A stretch of 32,000 nt of DNA from an uncultured Lentisphaeria bacterium (GTDB lineage Bacteria > Verrucomicrobiota > Lentisphaeria > JABSQK01 > JAJFLO01), in the NCBI GenBank assembly GCA_951812855.1, contig OX638337.1, positions 1,915,382 through 1,947,381 on the forward strand. Direction: 5' to 3'. Below the pieces are notes generated by a model. That model had not been told where the DNA came from. It made no database searches and was given only the letters and a program-made list of their open reading frames with translations. This document shows, piece by piece, positions 29,703-32,000 of this stretch (positions are counted from its first letter, which is position 1; each line of letters opens with the position of its first letter). A program made the position numbers and the translations under genes.

Positions 29703-30488
29703 TTATATATGTGAAATTAGAGCCCACAAATCCTCTATACTGACAGGATTTATTGAAACGCCTTTTTTAGACAGTGTGTGAACTGCAACCAAATAAAGCA
29801 AAATAACATCTGCGTGGCAATATCGGATCAGTAATGAACGTGCTGCATAATTTTTTTCATATTTCCATTGATTCCATAAGGTTATTGCATCTCCGCCATC
29901 AACGTTGTTAAGGCCTGGTGGTCGCTGAAATCCCATGGAATTAGCGATTGATTTGAGACCCCCCTTGTAATCTCCATGATAACATAACCACCGCAAATTG
30001 ATATGAGGGCAGGGGAGTTCAGGAATATGAAACGTATCCAGCGTTCTTGGAACATCAAATGATGCTCCATTAAATGAGATCAACAGTTCTATTTCATCGA
30101 GCAAATTTAGAAAATCATCAAGATTTTCTCCAGCTGCAAACTCATATAATTTTCCTTTGTGATAGCATACTATCAATGTGGTGATGTCATAGTAAGCCAA
30201 GCCGGAAGTCTCAATATCAAAGAAACTTGCCTTGTCAAAAAAATATCCTAATATTCGCCACTGCTCCCGGGGTAAAAATGTTTTTGCCAGATACGGAATA
30301 TCATTTCGATCAAATGCGTTTTTAGATCGTTCTACTTCGTTGATAAAATCTGTTGCAAGTGGATCCTTAAACGGAATTCGGGATGGTTTAGAAAGTACAT
30401 CATACCAGTTTTTGATACCACAATTATTAAGTTGCTCTAACTTAACTGGCCCGATACCTTTACAATGGAGAAATGCTTCAGTAATCAC
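29703..30488 (-). CDS. RNase H-like / DEDD-type exonuclease domain protein (YprB-like) with an N-terminal helix-hairpin-helix
   Basis: 261 aa. N-terminal 'CKGIGPVKLEQL' (HhH), 'FFDIETSGL' (Exo I DxE motif), 'SFNGASFDV' (Exo II-like) and 'YCHADV' (HxxxD, Exo III-like). Confidence 0.6.
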   Translation of the reverse strand: MITEAFLHCKGIGPVKLEQLNNCGIKNWYDVLSKPSRIPFKDPLATDFINEVERSKNAFDRNDIPYLAKTFLPREQWRILGYFFDKASFFDIETSGLAYYDITTLIVCYHKGKLYEFAAGENLDDFLNLLDEIELLISFNGASFDVPRTLDTFHIPELPCPHINLRWLCYHGDYKGGLKSIANSMGFQRPPGLNNVDGGDAITLWNQWKYEKNYAARSLLIRYCHADVILLYLVAVHTLSKKGVSINPVSIEDLWALISHI

Positions 30489-30828
30489 GCTGATAAACTA
30501 TGTATTTCAATTGTTGCTGTATTTACGGTAGAAATTTAAACAAATCAGAAAACTGTTGAGTCAGTAAATGAACGTATATTAACATTCTTTCAAATATGAT
30601 TTTATGATAACACAGGCAAAATATTCGCTTCGAAATCAACCCTTTTATAATTCGTTAGAGGAATCTATTGAAACCACAGCAAAGGAAGCGTATCGTAACC
30701 GGCTCATATAAAAATATTTACATTCAACTCTCGCAGAGGTCATTCAGGATTGCAGATAAATTCCGAATTAATCAGTTCACTCACTAATGACCAATACTGC
30801 AGATTTACCTTTCTATTAGGAATTACCA

Positions 30829-32000
30829 ATGACAACTGATTTTGTTTTACCTGATGCGTTTAAGGAACTCGGCGTATCCGGACCTGTTCTCCGAGCACTT
30901 AATGATATCGGCTATGAAAGTCCGACACCTATTCAAACACAGACAATTCCGATAATTCTTCAGGGCAATGATTTTATTGGTCAGGCACAAACAGGAACAG
31001 GAAAAACCGCTGCGTTTGCATTGCCACTATTGACTAAAATTGATCTTAGAGTTGTAAAACCTCAAGTATTGGTTTTAACACCAACCCGTGAGTTGGCAAT
31101 ACAGGTTTCAGAAGCAATCCGAAAATATGCAAAGCACCTGGATGGATTTCACGTCATGCCGATTTACGGGGGGCAGGACTATTCTCGACAGCTCCAAAAA
31201 CTAAAACGGGGGGTTCACATAGTGGTTGGAACTCCGGGCAGACTCATGGATCATATGCGGCGAAAGTCAATTAATTTGGATGCCTTATCCTGTGTTGTAC
31301 TTGATGAAGCCGACGAAATGCTGCGCATGGGGTTCATTGAAGATGTAGAGTGGATTCTTGCACAAACACCCACTCAGAGACAGATTGCTCTGTTCTCAGC
31401 AACAATACCAGGTGCTATTCGTAAGATTGCCCAAAAATATCTTAAATCACCTATTGAAATAAATATCAGACAAAAAACAAAAACCCTGCAAAGTACCCGC
31501 CAGCGTTATTTGATGGTTACCGGTCGACATAAGCTCGATGCGATTACCCGGCTCCTTGAAGGAGAAGAATTCGACGGCATAATAATTTTTGTCAGAACAC
31601 GAACCAATACAGTAGAATTAGCCGAAAAACTTGATGCCCGGGGCTATTCAGTTGAAGCTCTGAATGGTGATATAAAACAAAGTCAGCGAGAACGAACAAT
31701 TGAACGGTTAAAACAGGGTAAAATCGATATTCTGGTTGCAACAGATGTTGCTGCACGAGGTCTTGATGTTGATCGAATCAGTCATGTAATTAACTACGAT
31801 ATACCCTATGATATTGAAACTTATATCCACCGTATCGGACGAACAGGTCGAGCAGGTCGAACAGGGGAGGCCGTGCTATTTGCTGCACCCCGTGAAAAAC
31901 GTCTGCTTCAAATGATCGAAAAGGCAACGAAACAGAAGATCGAGTTAATGAAGCTGCCAACCACTGAAATTATTAATAATAAAAGAATCTCAGATTTTAA
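30829..32000 (+). CDS. deaD: DEAD-box ATP-dependent RNA helicase (DeaD/CsdA-like), 3' end outside the window
   Basis: Absent from the ORF track because no stop is reached before the window ends. From the ATG at 30829 it reads MTTDFVLPDAFKELG.., with Q motif 'GYESPTPIQ', motif I AQTGTGKT, Ia PTRELA, II VLDEADEM, III SAT, and VI HRIGRTGRAG. Confidence 0.95.
   Translation, partial: MTTDFVLPDAFKELGVSGPVLRALNDIGYESPTPIQTQTIPIILQGNDFIGQAQTGTGKTAAFALPLLTKIDLRVVKPQVLVLTPTRELAIQVSEAIRKYAKHLDGFHVMPIYGGQDYSRQLQKLKRGVHIVVGTPGRLMDHMRRKSINLDALSCVVLDEADEMLRMGFIEDVEWILAQTPTQRQIALFSATIPGAIRKIAQKYLKSPIEINIRQKTKTLQSTRQRYLMVTGRHKLDAITRLLEGEEFDGIIIFVRTRTNTVELAEKLDARGYSVEALNGDIKQSQRERTIERLKQGKIDILVATDVAARGLDVDRISHVINYDIPYDIETYIHRIGRTGRAGRTGEAVLFAAPREKRLLQMIEKATKQKIELMKLPTTEIINNKRISDF

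Noticed and set aside
29507-29743. 78-aa plus-strand ORF between the small minus-strand ORFs and the RNase H-like gene
   Set aside because: It overlaps the 3' end of the minus-strand RNase H-like CDS, its sequence is Arg/Cys/Gly-rich and not protein-like, and it has no ribosome-binding site.
30604-30711. 35-codon ORF (MITQAKYSLRNQPFYNSLEESIETTAKEAYRNRLI) in the roughly 300-nt region upstream of the DEAD-box helicase
   Set aside because: No ribosome-binding site and no recognisable family. The region is more simply read as a long 5' UTR, which is common for cold-shock DEAD-box helicase genes, and it is unverifiable from sequence alone.

Overview
AT-rich bacterial chromosomal window; I cannot place the phylum. 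Positions 1-10371 hold a tightly packed type I-B-like (Cst/Tneap-style) CRISPR-Cas locus: the 3' part of a cas8b-like gene that runs off the left edge, then cas7, cas5, HD-helicase cas3, cas4, cas1, cas2, a 217-bp AT-rich leader, and an array of 49 identical 37-nt repeats with 48 spacers. Next come a membrane-ORF fragment, a GT-C-type membrane glycosyltransferase-like gene and tRNA-Pro(GGG). The rest looks like core genome: mcsA-mcsB-clpC with a sigma-70-family gene whose GTG start overlaps the clpC stop, metH (minus strand), a 1141-aa conserved protein (tentatively a PPi-dependent PEP carboxykinase), mnmA, a CpXC zinc-ribbon protein, rsmE, small uncertain ORFs, an RNase H-like exonuclease, and a DEAD-box helicase truncated by the right edge. 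I did not find a convincing new multi-gene system. The most unusual content is inside the array: exact duplicate spacers, same-register allelic spacer families, a reverse-complement spacer pair, a spacer ending in a copy of the repeat 5' end, two GC classes of spacers, and a non-degenerate terminal repeat. Also notable are a possible internally translated Cas11 in the cas8b tail and the ctsR-less mcsAB-clpC-sigma arrangement. All functional calls rest on motifs read by eye; no database search was possible.
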